The notes: generated from the letters alone by a model not told the origin. A stretch of 62,911 bases of DNA, filler included, from Globobulimina sp. (GCA_003354225.1; 32 parts of 32 records of this genome joined end to end with filler, not necessarily neighbours in it), one strand, 5' to 3'. Numbered from the whole stretch's first letter, positions 21,780 through 35,453 are shown. A program made the numbers and translations.

Positions 21780-23539
21780 TCATTTCATTTCAAGTAGTAG
21801 TGGGGCCACATTCAGCCAGGTTCTAAGTCTGGCTCCATACTCACCGATTGCTTGAACATCCCGGCGAGAAAGTAAAGTTGGTGGGGGTCTAATACCCCTC
21901 GGATAGTGGAATGATTTGCATTTGGCGTATCGGATGGAATTAAAATTGGTGGTGATGAAGCATGAAATTCGAGGATGCATTCTTCCAATTTCAGGTTGAA
22001 TGGTTGCTGTTTTGGCTTGGTATGCCATTTGACCTTCCAAAGGGTTATTTTATTGTGTTTGATATAGTTTTGTGTATTTTTGAACAGCACTGAATTTGGG
22101 TTCTTTTTTCGATGCTTTGGTGTGATTATTAGTGGAAGGAAATTAAATAGGGAGTCAGTGAAAATTATGATTCTTCGATTTATTATATTTATTTTGCAAT
22201 GGCTCAGCAGGAATTTGGATTTCAGGATGGCGTAGAGCTCTCCATAATGGTTAGTTTGGTCTCCTATTGGTTGTGCAAAGCAGTGGATGCTCCCTCCATC
22301 AATAATGCAGATGCCAATGCCAGTGGTATTCGTATGGGGGTCATGTGACGAATCAGTGGCAATGATGATATCACTGGGTCTTAATTTATGTTGGTAACGG
22401 TGCCATTCATTGATGTTATCATTTCTTATGTGGAACATTATTTGTTTGGATGGTACTAAGTTATGTTTGCAGCGGATTTGGCGAATGGTGGTTTTGTTAT
22501 TATTAATTTGTAGAACGTGGTGCAGCCATCTATGGGATTGGGAAATGACATCTCTATAAAGGGTGTTCTTTGTTATGTTTATGTTTATCGTCCTATGTTT
22601 GTATGCAAATTGGTTGGCATCGGTGTCATAATAGTTGGCGCCACAAATGACTTTCCAGAAGGGAGTTTTATGGAAGTTAACATTATTACACATTTCTATT
22701 AGCCGTTGCATATAAAGATGGTGATGGATGTGGTTTATGGCCGCACCACTTTTGGCAAAGTTGAATGTGGCATGGTTCCAATATTCATGTCTCAATGTAT
22801 TCAGGTTTGGGCATTGGACAACTAAATGGTGTTCAATGGGTGTATTGGTGTCAGAGTGGCAGAGGTTACAATGATTATGTGTTTGGTTGAAATTATAAAA
22901 CAGTTCGCGATAATTTTGGACCATTTTATTGTTCACATATTCATCTAATTCATCTGGTTTATAGTTATCGGTGATATGTTTTTATGGGATGGAAATCATT
23001 TAGGTGTTGTATGATTCGTTTATGTTGATTCAAAACTATTAATGGTTTGAGTTGGTGGGAGTGTGTAACTATGTCATATGGATCAACCCACACAACTTTA
23101 TTCTGGATGATGTGCTTCTGATTTGGCAGCCATTCTGCCTTCAAGTCAATATATTGTTTGTATATTTTATGGTGTTGAATGTGGGGCAGATGAGCCCATT
23201 GGTGCATTAAAGATATTTCTGCACCTTTCAGGAGTTTCCAGTAAAATGCAAGTTTGAGGGAGACCCATCGTTCGTAAGGCGTTGGGATGCCGGCCCATAG
23301 ATATAGTTGCTCCGGGACAAATTTTTTTATTTTTGTTTGTATACTAATTGTTTGCAACTGTTTGTTTGTGGCTTCTTTTAATTTAATCTGTTCTCCATCT
23401 AAGACTTGTGCGAATATCTCCGTATATACTAAATAAAAAGTTTTTAGTATGCGTATTTTATCATCAAGTGGGATGTAAACGTGGTTGAAATCCAAAGTCG
23501 ATAGGAGTTTGGCTTTACAGTCAAGCTTTTTTAGAAAAA
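21780..23539 (-). mobile_element. Degenerate non-LTR retrotransposon, 3' part of pol (post-RT region, zinc knuckle, RNase H)
   Basis: CNLC...IEHHLVVQCP knuckle; RNase H residues ATDSS, NHYGELYAI, IFTDS, WKVKWH; frameshifts near 22980 and 22000. Confidence 0.8.
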
Positions 23540-24089
23540 NNNNNNNNNNNNNNNNNNNNNNNNNNNNNNNNNNNNNNNNNNNNTTAATTAATTAANNNNN
23601 NNNNNNNNNNNNNNNNNNNNNNNNNNNNNNNNNNNNNNNTCGAAGTAATTCAAGTATTATGTTTTGGTATATATTTATATTGTTAGTTCCGCTTTGTATG
23701 TTGGGTATTATTTTATTGGAGCGATATACCCTTATTCTGATCTAATTCCAATTTTGCATGATGAAAATAGTAGTCACTTGGTTCATCTCAAATCACCATT
23801 TTCCAGACAAATTTTAAAACTCTGGAACTCGGGAGCTTGGGAGTCAGGAAAACGAAGAATAGAAACCAATTTAAAAATGAAATAATAGAATAATACCCAC
23901 ATAATATTAACAAAATAGAAATTTTTATCCACTCACAAAAGTCAACAATTTCTTAATGTATAATTTGTTTTGATCTTTACTTGTTTTTTTAATAATGTTT
24001 CCCCTTTGTTCGCACATTTCTAATCGCGCACTCGCTGATAACAGCAAAATGTATACTCTCAATCACTAATCCCTCTTCGTGTACCAATC

Positions 24090-24570
24090 AAAAATAAACA
24101 TTCATCGATAAACTCTGTTGGCTACAATTGCCTACAAAATAAATCTTTTATTCATTCCATGTGGTCCGCACCCTCTTGTCAGTTAAATACAGCCACAAAT
24201 ATCTTACCAACTAATTTGTGTAAATATGCGCCATATCTATATTACCAACTATTCTTTCATTTTGTTTTAGATATTCTTTCATTTTGTTTTAAATCCTGTA
24301 TAATTTTACTCGCTGTTAATTTTGTGCCAGGCGCATGATGTCTTCTCAATTTACACACAGCAATTACATGCATAAGCGGATGTTTTCTCAATTTAATGTC
24401 GCTTTTTTTATATAAAACATAGACATATGGTGTTGATGCTGTTTGTGGGGTTGGTGGTATGTATGATGGCCGTAATGATCTCAATGCGCGGATAAATAAC
24501 GGATGTTTCATCTTGATTGAAAGGAACACCACCAACAAAAAAACAATTCTGCAACTACTTCATTTCTCTT
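24090..24570 (-). pseudogene. hAT-superfamily transposase remnant
   Basis: Across frameshifts it reads VAELFFVGGVPFN..KHPLFIRALRSLRPSYIPPT, matching the hAT pattern F....IPF..VE.P.F......LRP.Y.PPS. Confidence 0.55.
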
Positions 24571-24705
24571 TGTCAGTATAGATGACTAATATGAGCATTT
24601 TTCTATCTTCTTCGTTCTTGGTCCTATATATTTGTAACTTTCAAAAAATGATAATGGGTATATCCCCAACACCAAAACACGCACTGTTTGCACTATCATA
24701 TGCAA

Positions 24706-24815
24706 CGTGGACTGACCCACCGTGGACACAACCACCGTCGACAAAGCAACCGTTGACATAACCAACGTAGTCTGTGGACATAACCACTGTGGTCTGTGTA
24801 CATAACCACGGTGGA
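24706..24815 (+). repeat. Six ~15-bp degenerate direct repeats (CGTGGACATAACCAC-like)
   Basis: Seen directly; GC-richer than the flanks. Confidence 0.75.
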
Positions 24816-25608
24816 TAAAGCAACCTGGACATTCCCACGCGTGTAATGTATTGTGATGACAGCTCAATGAGAGCATCTAATTAAAGAAGTTTGGGTTCAA
24901 ATCCCATCATAACATTTTATTTTTCATCACAATTTAAAAAAACTATAATTTTTTGTTTGTGTTTCAGTTGTGTATGTTTTATAGCTGTGAACAAGGTGAT
25001 AAACATCACAACTTTCCATTTTGAATACAGAAAACAACAATATACATCTTTAGACACAACATATTAAACATACAATATATTTGGCACATACAATATTTTT
25101 TTATGGTAGCATTTACTATATATGCATGCATTTAAATTTTCGAAAAAAACTTGAGGTATAGTGGAGGTAGAAATGTCAAATGTTGATTTTTTTGAATTCA
25201 ATTCTATACATTTTGCACGCGAAAGAATTTGGATAGCATCAGTATTGCGGAAGTTACAAGCATTTTGATTTTGGCGATTAGTCATCTATACTGACAAAAT
25301 CTCAAACAGACTAGAATAATATATGTCAAGGGATAATATATTATCCCTACCACAACATATCCCCATCTCAGACTAGAAACATGTAACATTTGATGATCAC
25401 AGTTAGATGAAAAAAGATTTTGCAAAACAATGCATGTCAAGAAATATGCGATCTGAAAACTTTAACGTTGTACATTAAATTGGTGGTGTTGAAAAACACC
25501 TGGTAAAANNNNNNNNNNNNNNNNNNNNNNNNNNNNNNNNNNNNNNNNNNNNTTAATTAATTAANNNNNNNNNNNNNNNNNNNNNNNNNNNNNNNNNNNN
25601 NNNNNNNN

Positions 25609-25888
25609 TACAAAATATGGATTTAATTGCGATTCCTTGTAATGATTTGATATTGCATGCTTTCATCATTTTATCTTCTTTCTTTTCTTGAATACATGAT
25701 CCATACTCATTATGTGCAGCAGAATAAAATCTATTGTTTGAATCTTGATAAATACTGAATCCATATCCATTATAAATCTGTGAAATTCGTAGGTTTTGGT
25801 TCCAATTTGGTGCACTTAATTGTTTTATGTTTGTTGTATCACCATCACCAAATTCGCCATACCCATTATATCCAATGAAATAAAGCAT
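25609..25888 (-). CDS. RCC1/BLIP-II repeat protein (3'-partial)
   Basis: GYNGYGEFGDG...ISQIYNGYGFSIY...HNEYGSC. Confidence 0.75.
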
Positions 25889-26264
25889 GTTGTTGATGAA
25901 TTATAATACGATTGGTTGCGAGAGGGATTGTATTGTTTATAACTGTGGGTATTTAAAATAATTAAACATGGCACCATCTGCTTGCATCTTTACAATATGG
26001 TTATATGACAGCAATGATGTTAGCAAGTAAGCAACCATACGTTTGTTCAATGCAATGAATATTTTTAGGGATAAATGGAGACTAAATCCATTCTCATCAT
26101 GGGGTGGCATTACAACCAGGGGATTAGTATCATCATCACGGCTTTGGTATGCGTAATGCGTTTGGAATTATATCAAACATTCAGGACAATTCATTTGGCC
26201 ATTAATTGGATATGTCAATAATTTGGATTTCATCTAAAACGTTTACAGTATGTTGTTATATCTT

Positions 26265-26420
26265 TCATCTAAAACCACATAATATCTGTTTTATTGTTAT
26301 ATCTTTCAAACTATCCACTTTTTTAGGTCTTGTTATTGCTTCAAAGCCTGAATATCCATGGCCACATTCACCAGAATAATTGCGTCCAAATGTATATATA
26401 TTGCCATTGGAACATAATAA
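26265..26420 (-). pseudogene. Isolated RCC1 repeat fragment
   Basis: LLCSNGNIYTFGRNYSGECGHG...KQILCGFR followed by a stop. Confidence 0.65.
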
Positions 26421-29400
26421 AATTTATTTTTTGTGTTTGATTAAAATTATTTTTAGATTTGTGTTTGTTTTAATTATTTTATTTTATTTTATTTTTATCG
26501 AAAAGTAGTTAAGTAGATGCACTCTTAATTTTATGTGGGTAGATCACGTACAGTTGCAAGTACTTGCACCGTTCGCGCAAAATTCTATGACTCTCCCTTT
26601 TTATCATAGGTTTCCAGTTAAATTGAATATCTTCTTCAAAACTTTAAGAAATCAATTACGCTCCGTGGGAAATCGAGTTTATTCGAGGTATGTCGTTTCA
26701 CCATGACTCGCTTCAGTTGCTGTGATTTCGATATCATATCACCAACAACAAAAAAAACAATAATGTGTAACATTTTACTGAAATTGAATTGAAACACAAA
26801 AAAAAACAGAAATAAGAAAAATTATTCACTATTTTTGTATACAAAAGACATAGTTTGAAATAAACAACAAAATATTAATTGAAATCACTGAAAAGAATTC
26901 TGTATTAAAAACAAAATAAATACCAAATACGATGCTGAACGTCGAAAATACCAACACAAAAAAAACAAAATATACATACATGGTAAAACAAAATAAAAAA
27001 AAAACACAGAATCTACAATAAATTATAAGAAATTTATTTAACATATTACTTTTAGTATAAAATTAAAAACAACAACAACAAAAACAATTAACTATGTAAA
27101 ACAAAAAACGTACGTTGCAAAAAGCATAGCAGGTCGATGTGAAGTAAAATAATTAAAAAAAGGAATTAATTATTAAATTATAAAAAACAAACACAAGAAG
27201 AATAATAATAATTAATACTAATATAAAGTCATTAAAATGTACGAATCTAAGATTAAATAAATTTAAATCAAACACAAAAAATGAAAATAAACTCAATAAT
27301 TTATTGTCTATTGATGTATAATGAAGATTCAATATATTTTATATTCCATCCAATCTCATTTAGATTTTGTTTATATTTATGCACAGATTGTTTACACGAA
27401 ATATATTTTTCATCCACATTTATAAACTGTATAGCGGTTAATGACAACGACGAATGTGATAAAATATGACTGCTATCNNNNNNNNNNNNNNNNNNNNNNN
27501 NNNNNNNNNNNNNNNNNNNNNTTAATTAATTAANNNNNNNNNNNNNNNNNNNNNNNNNNNNNNNNNNNNNNNNNNNNTTCCAAAGATAATTAATACAGAG
27601 TGAGTCAATACTATTTTAAAGCATGGCAACAAAAGAAAAGAAAAGCTTGACAATCGAACAGAAGTCACAGCAAATAATTCACCGTCACGTTGATTAAGGT
27701 TTGCATAGTTCTGATATTAAAGGAAATACATTCATAAAACATAGATATATCGATATCAATTAAGCAACCAATCAAACAATGCATACCTTACAATGAAATC
27801 ATATCCATTGTTATTTGTAATGGATTCGTTCCATTTAATATCATTTGTGTAATTTGAATTGCAATGAAGTAATGGTACTAAACAGGACAGATTGGATGGT
27901 ACATTTTCAATGTTAACAATGGATATATTGAACACCATCAATGAGCTCAAATCTCTATGAATGTATGATATGATTTCAATATCTATGGCTCGGCCATTAT
28001 TATTACATTTTGTGGGGTGATATATTTGCGATCGATTATTGACAGTGCCACTAAGGAGGTCAATATAGGCGCCAATCCATGTAATATGATAGCTATCTGC
28101 TTCTGAGTTGTTATAATTATTTGCTTGAATATAATAAGAATGTATTCCAGGTATTCTTGCTCGATGCGGTGTGCCTGAATTTGCTTGTTTTGATGCATTC
28201 AAATATCCGTTGTAAATGCCAGATATATATAAGGAGCCACACGGCGTTTGTCCAATTTGTTTATCTAAATTATTTCATCATTTTCAATTCGAACTGATAT
28301 GTCTGAGGGCAAAATACCAATCACTACGACACAGAACGTATTAATGAGCCAACAAAGTAAAAGCAACATTTATTTACTAATTATTGTTTTGCGAATAGTT
28401 GTCCGGCCTGCATTGTATTCCATTCATATCTGAGCTTACTAAAGATTAGAGTTTTCAACCTAAAAACCTTCATTTCCGCATTTATCATTCAGCAAACCAT
28501 CCTTCCTTCATCCTCAGTCCCTCAGTCCTCAGCCCTCAGTCTCTCAGTCTCTCAGTACCACAATGTTGAAATCCAAATTGACATTAATGACCTCTTACAC
28601 CTGTACTTCGACGGCAACAGATGCCTTTGTTTCGGGTACGTATTAATATACATTCTATTGTATATTTTATATGTCATTGCTCCAAATTGCATGGTGCAAA
28701 TGGATAATGGATTGATATTATTGCATTTATTGCCATTTAATGGATAGTATTGGATATTATAATTATTGTATGGATATTTGGTGATTCACTGCGTGGTTTT
28801 ACATTAATTAATTTTATTTGTTCTATCCTGGCACTCTTAATTTATATTAGTTATGTTGTGCAAGGATATATGGTCAGAATGGATATGGTCAGCTTGGTAC
28901 AAATAATTTGTGTATACTCCACTCAAACAAATGGAATAAAGCAAAGGAACAGAAAAGAAAAGAAAAGAAAAGAAAAGGAAGGAAAGGAAATGAAAGGAAG
29001 GAGAGGAAGGTGACAGATCTAGAATATAAGAATAGAATATGTTTGTTATTAAATTAAATAAAATAAAATAAATGATGCTGAATATTAATTAATTGCACGA
29101 CCACGACCACGACCACGACCACGACGAATTAATACCATTTAAAAAAATTAGCCAGTTCGCAGTATCTCTCTTCAGTCACAGTCCGCAGTCAGTCCACAGT
29201 CATTCGTCATTCGTCATTCGTCATAAGAACAATAATTTCACCACTTGCATCAATGCAATTTTGCACTGAATATCTTATATGCTATTTTGCAACGAATAGC
29301 AAGTTAAAAAAAAGAATTGTTTTTGTTTTTTGTTTTGGAAAACGTACAGATGGAAAAGAAAGGAAAGCCCGCCAAACTCTCGTAAAATTATCCAATGCGT

Positions 29401-29546
29401 CAGTTGCGACAGAATGTGATTCCTATTCGTATTCATCATATTCCTCNNNNNNNNNNNNNNNNNNNNNNNNNNNNNNNNNNNNNNNNNNNNTTAATTAATT
29501 AANNNNNNNNNNNNNNNNNNNNNNNNNNNNNNNNNNNNNNNNNNNN

Positions 29547-31415
29547 TGTTGCTGTTGTTTGTTTCTTTTATATTGATTATCTCTCATTTGATTATTTAAA
29601 AATTGTTGCGATGGAAATCGTTGTCGTTGTTGATTTTGTGGCGGTTGCATTTGTTGTTGGTTTTGTGCCGGTTGCATTCGTTGGTTCCTTGGCTGTTGCA
29701 TTTGTTGTTGTTGCTGTTGGTATTGATACGATGGCTGATATTGTTGATATTGTTTATTATGGCAATTCTTAGCCTCATGCCCTGTTTCCCCGCAGCTATA
29801 ACATTTTCTCTGTCCATAATTAGCTTTTCTTCTTTGTTTATTTTCAAATTCTTCCATTTCAAATCTTTTCTCTAATTTGATGTATTTCTCTTTCAGTTCA
29901 AATAACATTTCAGTTGGATCGTAATTATTTTGTTTATTTTGATTTTGTTGGTTTTGTTGTGTTTCCTGGTAATTATTTTGTTGATTTTGTTGGTATTGTT
30001 GGTTATTTGGAACCTCATATTCGTTTTCATCATAGTTCTCATTGGCGCCGTATATATCATTTTTTTGTTCGTTAGGTGAATCATTAATTTTTTGTAAGTA
30101 GTCATCCCTTCGTTGCTTTAATTCGTACGCCCTATTTTTCGCGCGATCAATTAATTTATTGTATTCATCAATTTTTTTTCTTTCTTGTTCTAATGTATTA
30201 TAGCCTTTTTGTAATTTATTTGTGTTTTGATTGTCTGGTATCTTGTTTGGTGATGAATGCGTCTTTTTTACATTTTGCGCGTAATCATCATCACTATTAT
30301 CAGAATTCGATTGGTTTGGTACAGATACACTAATTTTTGTTTGTTGGTTATGTGTTTTTTGTATTTGTTCTTGTTGACGGTGGATTTCTTCCATTTGCTT
30401 TAATTCAGCCATTTTCAATTCGATTGCGAGGTTTTTTGACAACAGTTCATTTCGAAATTGGTCCATTTGTAACTTCATATCATAGTTATTTCTCTTCAAT
30501 TTTTCGATTTCTTGTTTAAATTTTAATTTTTCAAATCCATTTTCACGCTCTTTTTCATCCAATTTTAATTGTTGAGTCTATATTGATCGATTATCGCTAA
30601 TTTTTCTTTTTTTAACAATTCTTTTTCATGTCGTTCTTGTTGCCATTGTGATTTATAATATATACTCATTTCATAATCTTCTGCTCCTCCTTTATTTGCT
30701 TCATCTATGACTGTTTCGTTTATGGTCTCATTTATTATTAATTTGCCATCTCGCTCTTCAAATTCTTTTAATTCATTGTTTTTATTTCTGAACCCATAAT
30801 CAAATAATTTATTAATTTCATTCTTTTGATATTTTACGTGTTTACCTTTTGGGGCTTCGGCATCATACTCAACGTTATATTCACTGCAAATTGTGTTATA
30901 ATCGTCTATTGGTTGACCTGTCTGTAATATATTAATCAATTCCCTCATAATTAATTGTTTATCGATTCCTCTGCCTATTCTACATCTCATTTCATCCAAT
31001 ATTTGGATATTTCGATTAATTTCATCAGATTGGTCTTTTGTTGGCTTAACTGCATAATTAAATGTTTCAAAATTATTTTTAATGTGTTCATTGAGCTCAT
31101 ATATGCTAATACATAGAGGCAGTATATTGTTATGTACAGCTATTGCTAATCCAACATACATATCATTCACATTAATTAATTTCTGATTTAATGCTTGATT
31201 GATTTGTTCAGGTATTTTTACTATGCATGGTATGCCATATTTGGCGCAATTGCAGCTACACTGCATGCTTTTTTTCTGTGTTTTATTTGTTTCGCGCATA
31301 ATCATTTTCTTCTCAATAAATGCATTGCAGTTGTGACCAAATGATACATTGCCACATACTGCTTGCGATCGATTAATTGGTCCACAATTACCTGAGTCAA
31401 CGTGGAAATGGAGAC
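29547..31415 (-). mobile_element. Gag-like coiled-coil and CCHC zinc-knuckle ORF, frameshifted (retroelement-like)
   Basis: CYSCGETGHEAKNC knuckle followed by a Q/N-rich tail; intronless; frame breaks at ~30570 and ~31308. Confidence 0.55.
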
Positions 31416-31938
31416 NNNNNNNNNNNNNNNNNNNNNNNNNNNNNNNNNNNNNNNNNNNNTTAATTAATTAANNNNNNNNNNNNNNNNNNNNNNNNNNNNN
31501 NNNNNNNNNNNNNNNTAGAAATAAGGAATAAGAAAAGCGGTGACGTATGTCTCAGTTGCTTCTTGTAAAAAGGTATCAATTTTATTCCACTCAAACAGAC
31601 AAATTTGAAACTTGTTTCAAATTCAACATAGGTCGCTATGTACACACATATCCAGTGTTGCGAAATCCCGCAAACCCAAGGATTTAACTTATACATGGAA
31701 TTGAATCTATATCTGCAACGGTAAAAAAATAATAACCCATATATCTATGCATTTTTCCTCTTTCCATTGGGTTCCAATTTAAACTCTTTTGTCCTTTTAT
31801 TTCTTGTACCGGGGATGTACTTTATTGTGTCTTGTTTTTTATGTTTTTATCAAAAACGTTTTACACTTTAATTATATTCCGGACAGTGCATCCCCAATCC
31901 CGCATGAAAAGAAAATAGAAAAGTAAAAGTGTGGCACT

Positions 31939-32085
31939 ATTTTTGCGGAACATAGTTGCGGAGTTTTTGCTATGTTTTATGGAACAATCATTGCGGAAAA
32001 GTCAAAGTGCAAATTTGTGATTTTGCGGAACAGTTTTTACAAGTGCGGAAACGCAATGCGGATAATATATACAGCTCCGCAAAAT
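31939..32085. repeat. Short element with multiple TGCGGA motifs and an inverted terminal copy
   Basis: ATTTTTGCGGA at the left end, TCCGCAAAAT at the right end, and about 5 internal TGCGGA motifs. Confidence 0.55.
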
Positions 32086-32259
32086 GCTTTTTCAAGTTGG
32101 TCAGGCAATTTCTTTTACTGTTTCTGTTCCTTGTCATTTTGCCGTTGGTGACACAGTTGCTTTTGCGTTGGTGAGGATAACACTGTGTTGGACCGTGGTG
32201 GTTCAACTGCGCCAAATAGCGGAAGATAGTTATGCCGACACAAGTGACACCGGTCTACG

Positions 32260-33125
32260 TTTTGGGAATTCGGACTCCATTCTTACTTCGAATGATACGG
32301 AAACAGCAACACCAACGGGATCGAATTCAATCAGTAACAAATTATTATCCGTTCCATCTGCATCTAAAATCAGTAATAAATCGTCGAGTTCAATCAGTAA
32401 TAAATTAACAAAATCTGCATTAGTGATTAGCATAAAACCAATGCAAAGTGAACTTAGTCAGCAAGAGGACTCTGAATCTGATTATGATTCAGAGGATTAT
32501 ACTGATTCTGATTCTGATTCGTCTGAAAGTGGTGTGTTTGATCTGTTGAATATGTTGGAGACAGTGACTGAGGCTGGCATTTATGCTAAAAATGGATATA
32601 AAAAAATAGAGAAACTACGTGACATTTTGCAAGGCGAACTATTGTTGGTTAAGGATGTGAAATGTAACAAATATTTTGAAATTAATCAAAAAAGTTGACA
32701 AAAAGTTATTCAAACAGCAGATGGCCATTGGCGATGATGGCGACACTATTTTTACGACGCAAAATGTCGTGGAAGAAGGTGAAATATTGAAATATTTAAC
32801 AGTTTTAAATGAGGATGAAATGAATCAATATATAGTGAAATATGAGAATTTTTTTGAATCGGACGATGATTATTATTTAGTTATTGAATATATTGAATCT
32901 AAGATGAATTTGAAACAATTTATTGAAAAGTCACAAAAATATATTTCTGAAAATAAATTGAAATTGGAGGAATATTATAAAATAATAAAATATATATATT
33001 GGCAGTTACTGATCACCATTCATTGGTTGCATCGTAAGATGAATTGTTGTCATTTGGATGTTTTTACTGAAAAGGTTATGTTGCAAAATTGTGATTTTAT
33101 ACAGGAAGAAAAGGATGGTTTCTAA
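32260..33125 (+). pseudogene. Divergent Ser/Thr protein kinase, frameshifted (~32680) and truncated
   Basis: LQGELL, IKKVDK, NVVEEGEILKYL, YIVKY..FFESDDDYYLVIEY and CCHLD; stop at 33123. Confidence 0.75.
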
Positions 33126-34230
33126 ACATAAAATTTGATTTTAAAATTGTGATTTTAAAGGATTGTGATTTTAAAATTGTGATTTTAAACATAAATGGTT
33201 TCTCCAAGAACAATATTGTAAAGAATATGAAAATCAAATTAGAATTAGTGCATTTAACTGAATTGAAAGCAAAGTCGATAATTCAGTTGATTTTATCCGT
33301 CTACAGTCTATATTTATTAGACTAATCGAATAAATGTTTAATTATATCAATCATATTTATGTTGAAAAGGATATAATACAGAATNNNNNNNNNNNNNNNN
33401 NNNNNNNNNNNNNNNNNNNNNNNNNNNNTTAATTAATTAANNNNNNNNNNNNNNNNNNNNNNNNNNNNNNNNNNNNNNNNNNNNAAAGTATACGCAAAAT
33501 CTTTGTCCAAAGTCAAGGAGCACGGCACATCGATCATAATATTAAAGCGATCAAATAATAGCTTACAATTAATGCCATGGTAATACCGCCAGTATTGATT
33601 GAAAAAAATTTAATATAATTAATATTTTTTTTGTTGATTCAGTTTTTAAAGTTTTTGGTGGAGAATTTGTTTCTGTTTCATCGGTTTGTTCTTCATCATC
33701 ATTATTTTGAATTTTATCATAATCACTACTGTCGTCAGCGCAGCTTGCAGTAGTTCCCATAATACAGAATGAACAAAGTGAAAATTCTAAGCTACAAAAC
33801 AGCTCGATTAGCTCGAATCAACACAATCCACACTCTATAATTCCAATGGAATCACAACGAGTAAAAATAGAAAATGCTGGAATTATTTCTTTATTTCCAT
33901 TTAACGTCGTCAATTAACGATATTTTAGCCACAATTAATATTTTATAATTATAATTATCATATTTTTTTTTTTAATTCGGTATAGAAATATACAAAACAT
34001 AATAATTAATATTCTGAGCCATAATTTGGGATCGACGCTATTTAATCCCTTCATGTGAGTATTAAGTCACAAATCATCCAAAAAAGTTCCATATTGCAGC
34101 TGCTGATAATATATTAATCATATCCTGTCATCAAATACTCATAATCATGAATTTTATACAATTTTATATTTCATAATTTAATTTCTAACGAAAAAGAACA
34201 ATCAAAAACGAATTAATCGAAACAAAACAA

Positions 34231-35091
34231 ATGAAACCAAAAGGATCCATTTTAAGAATATTTTGTCTGTTTTTGGCACTTTGTGGAATGATTGCTCATG
34301 ATATTCATTTTTATCTCAACCTTTCAAGAGATACAATGCAATCAAGTATTAATAGAATTATTCTGGGTGCTCAAACACATTTCTTCAAAGCAAAAAAATC
34401 TGCACAAAACGGAGGAAAATTTCAAACTCGTCATTTCGTCATCAGTGAAGTCAACATTGCCAATGGCATGGGTACACGTAAAATAATCACTTATTATGAT
34501 CGTCAAATAACTGGGACTTTCAAAAGAAAGGGGGTTTTAGTCTTGACAAAAGATACAAAGATAATTGGAATGGATGACATGATTCATATCGTTAATTTTG
34601 AGGCTATGAATAAACTGTCAAAATCCCGTGGTATTACAGAAGAACAATTTGATAAATGGGATTGGCAAAACAGGGTTGTTGTTACTTTAAAAGAGTTTGA
34701 ATCAAATAAAGAAAGAATGGATGCTTTGGCTGCATTAAGTTCAAATTTACATCCAGCCATTAAAGGCAGTGAAGTGAAATTAAATGGTAAAATGCATGAT
34801 TTTGTATTGAGACATGATGGTGTTTGGTATTATGATTCGAACAAAGAGCAGTTAAATCAAATTATAATGAATTCTAAAACCGGTATTGGGAACATAGTGA
34901 ATTACAAAAGAATTGAAATAATGTATGGTATCAGAATGATATATGATTTAAAAGCAGGGACAAAGGAAGAATATAAAGAAAAATATGCTCAAATTACATT
35001 GAAATTATATATTGAGGATGAAAATAAACGTGCTGATGCTGAAACATTGTTGAAAGAAATGCCAAGAGTTGGGTTGCAATCAAAAATGTAG
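34231..35091 (+). CDS. Hypothetical protein with N-terminal signal/anchor and PH-like segments
   Basis: Hydrophobic N-terminus; KFQTRHFVI...ITYYD...RKGVLVL resembles PH strands. Confidence 0.7.
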   Translation: MKPKGSILRIFCLFLALCGMIAHDIHFYLNLSRDTMQSSINRIILGAQTHFFKAKKSAQNGGKFQTRHFVISEVNIANGMGTRKIITYYDRQITGTFKRKGVLVLTKDTKIIGMDDMIHIVNFEAMNKLSKSRGITEEQFDKWDWQNRVVVTLKEFESNKERMDALAALSSNLHPAIKGSEVKLNGKMHDFVLRHDGVWYYDSNKEQLNQIIMNSKTGIGNIVNYKRIEIMYGIRMIYDLKAGTKEEYKEKYAQITLKLYIEDENKRADAETLLKEMPRVGLQSKM

Positions 35092-35453
35092 AATTTGATT
35101 TCAATTAAATTTCAGTTAAATATTGACGGAAAAAATTTGCTGCAACAGATCAGATTATACCAAACTAATTTGCAATGTTTGTATGATTTTTTATCTGAAT
35201 ATGCACACTTGAATATGCACGATTTGTTTTTTTGAAAAACTCAAAGTACTAACTTGTACAACGAGTGTTGACACTTTTTTTGCTATGTATGATATGGTCA
35301 ATAGCGTGATTGACGTCAAAATGTGAATATTTGGTAGCAATTTTCAATTTGAANNNNNNNNNNNNNNNNNNNNNNNNNNNNNNNNNNNNNNNNNNNNTTA
35401 ATTAATTAANNNNNNNNNNNNNNNNNNNNNNNNNNNNNNNNNNNNNNNNNNNN

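Noticed and set aside
27578..29446. Short ORFs and microsatellites (CCTCAGT, GACCAC, CATTCGT, GAAAA)
   Set aside because: No recognisable homology; ordinary simple repeats and possible decayed gene fragments.
30560..30585. Programmed -1 frameshift
   Set aside because: No canonical X XXY YYZ heptamer, and a second frame break upstream suggests decay or sequencing error.
32670..33190. Alternative genetic code or readthrough explaining the broken kinase
   Set aside because: The break is a frameshift, and conserved genes (tubulin, GDH, kish) use standard stops.
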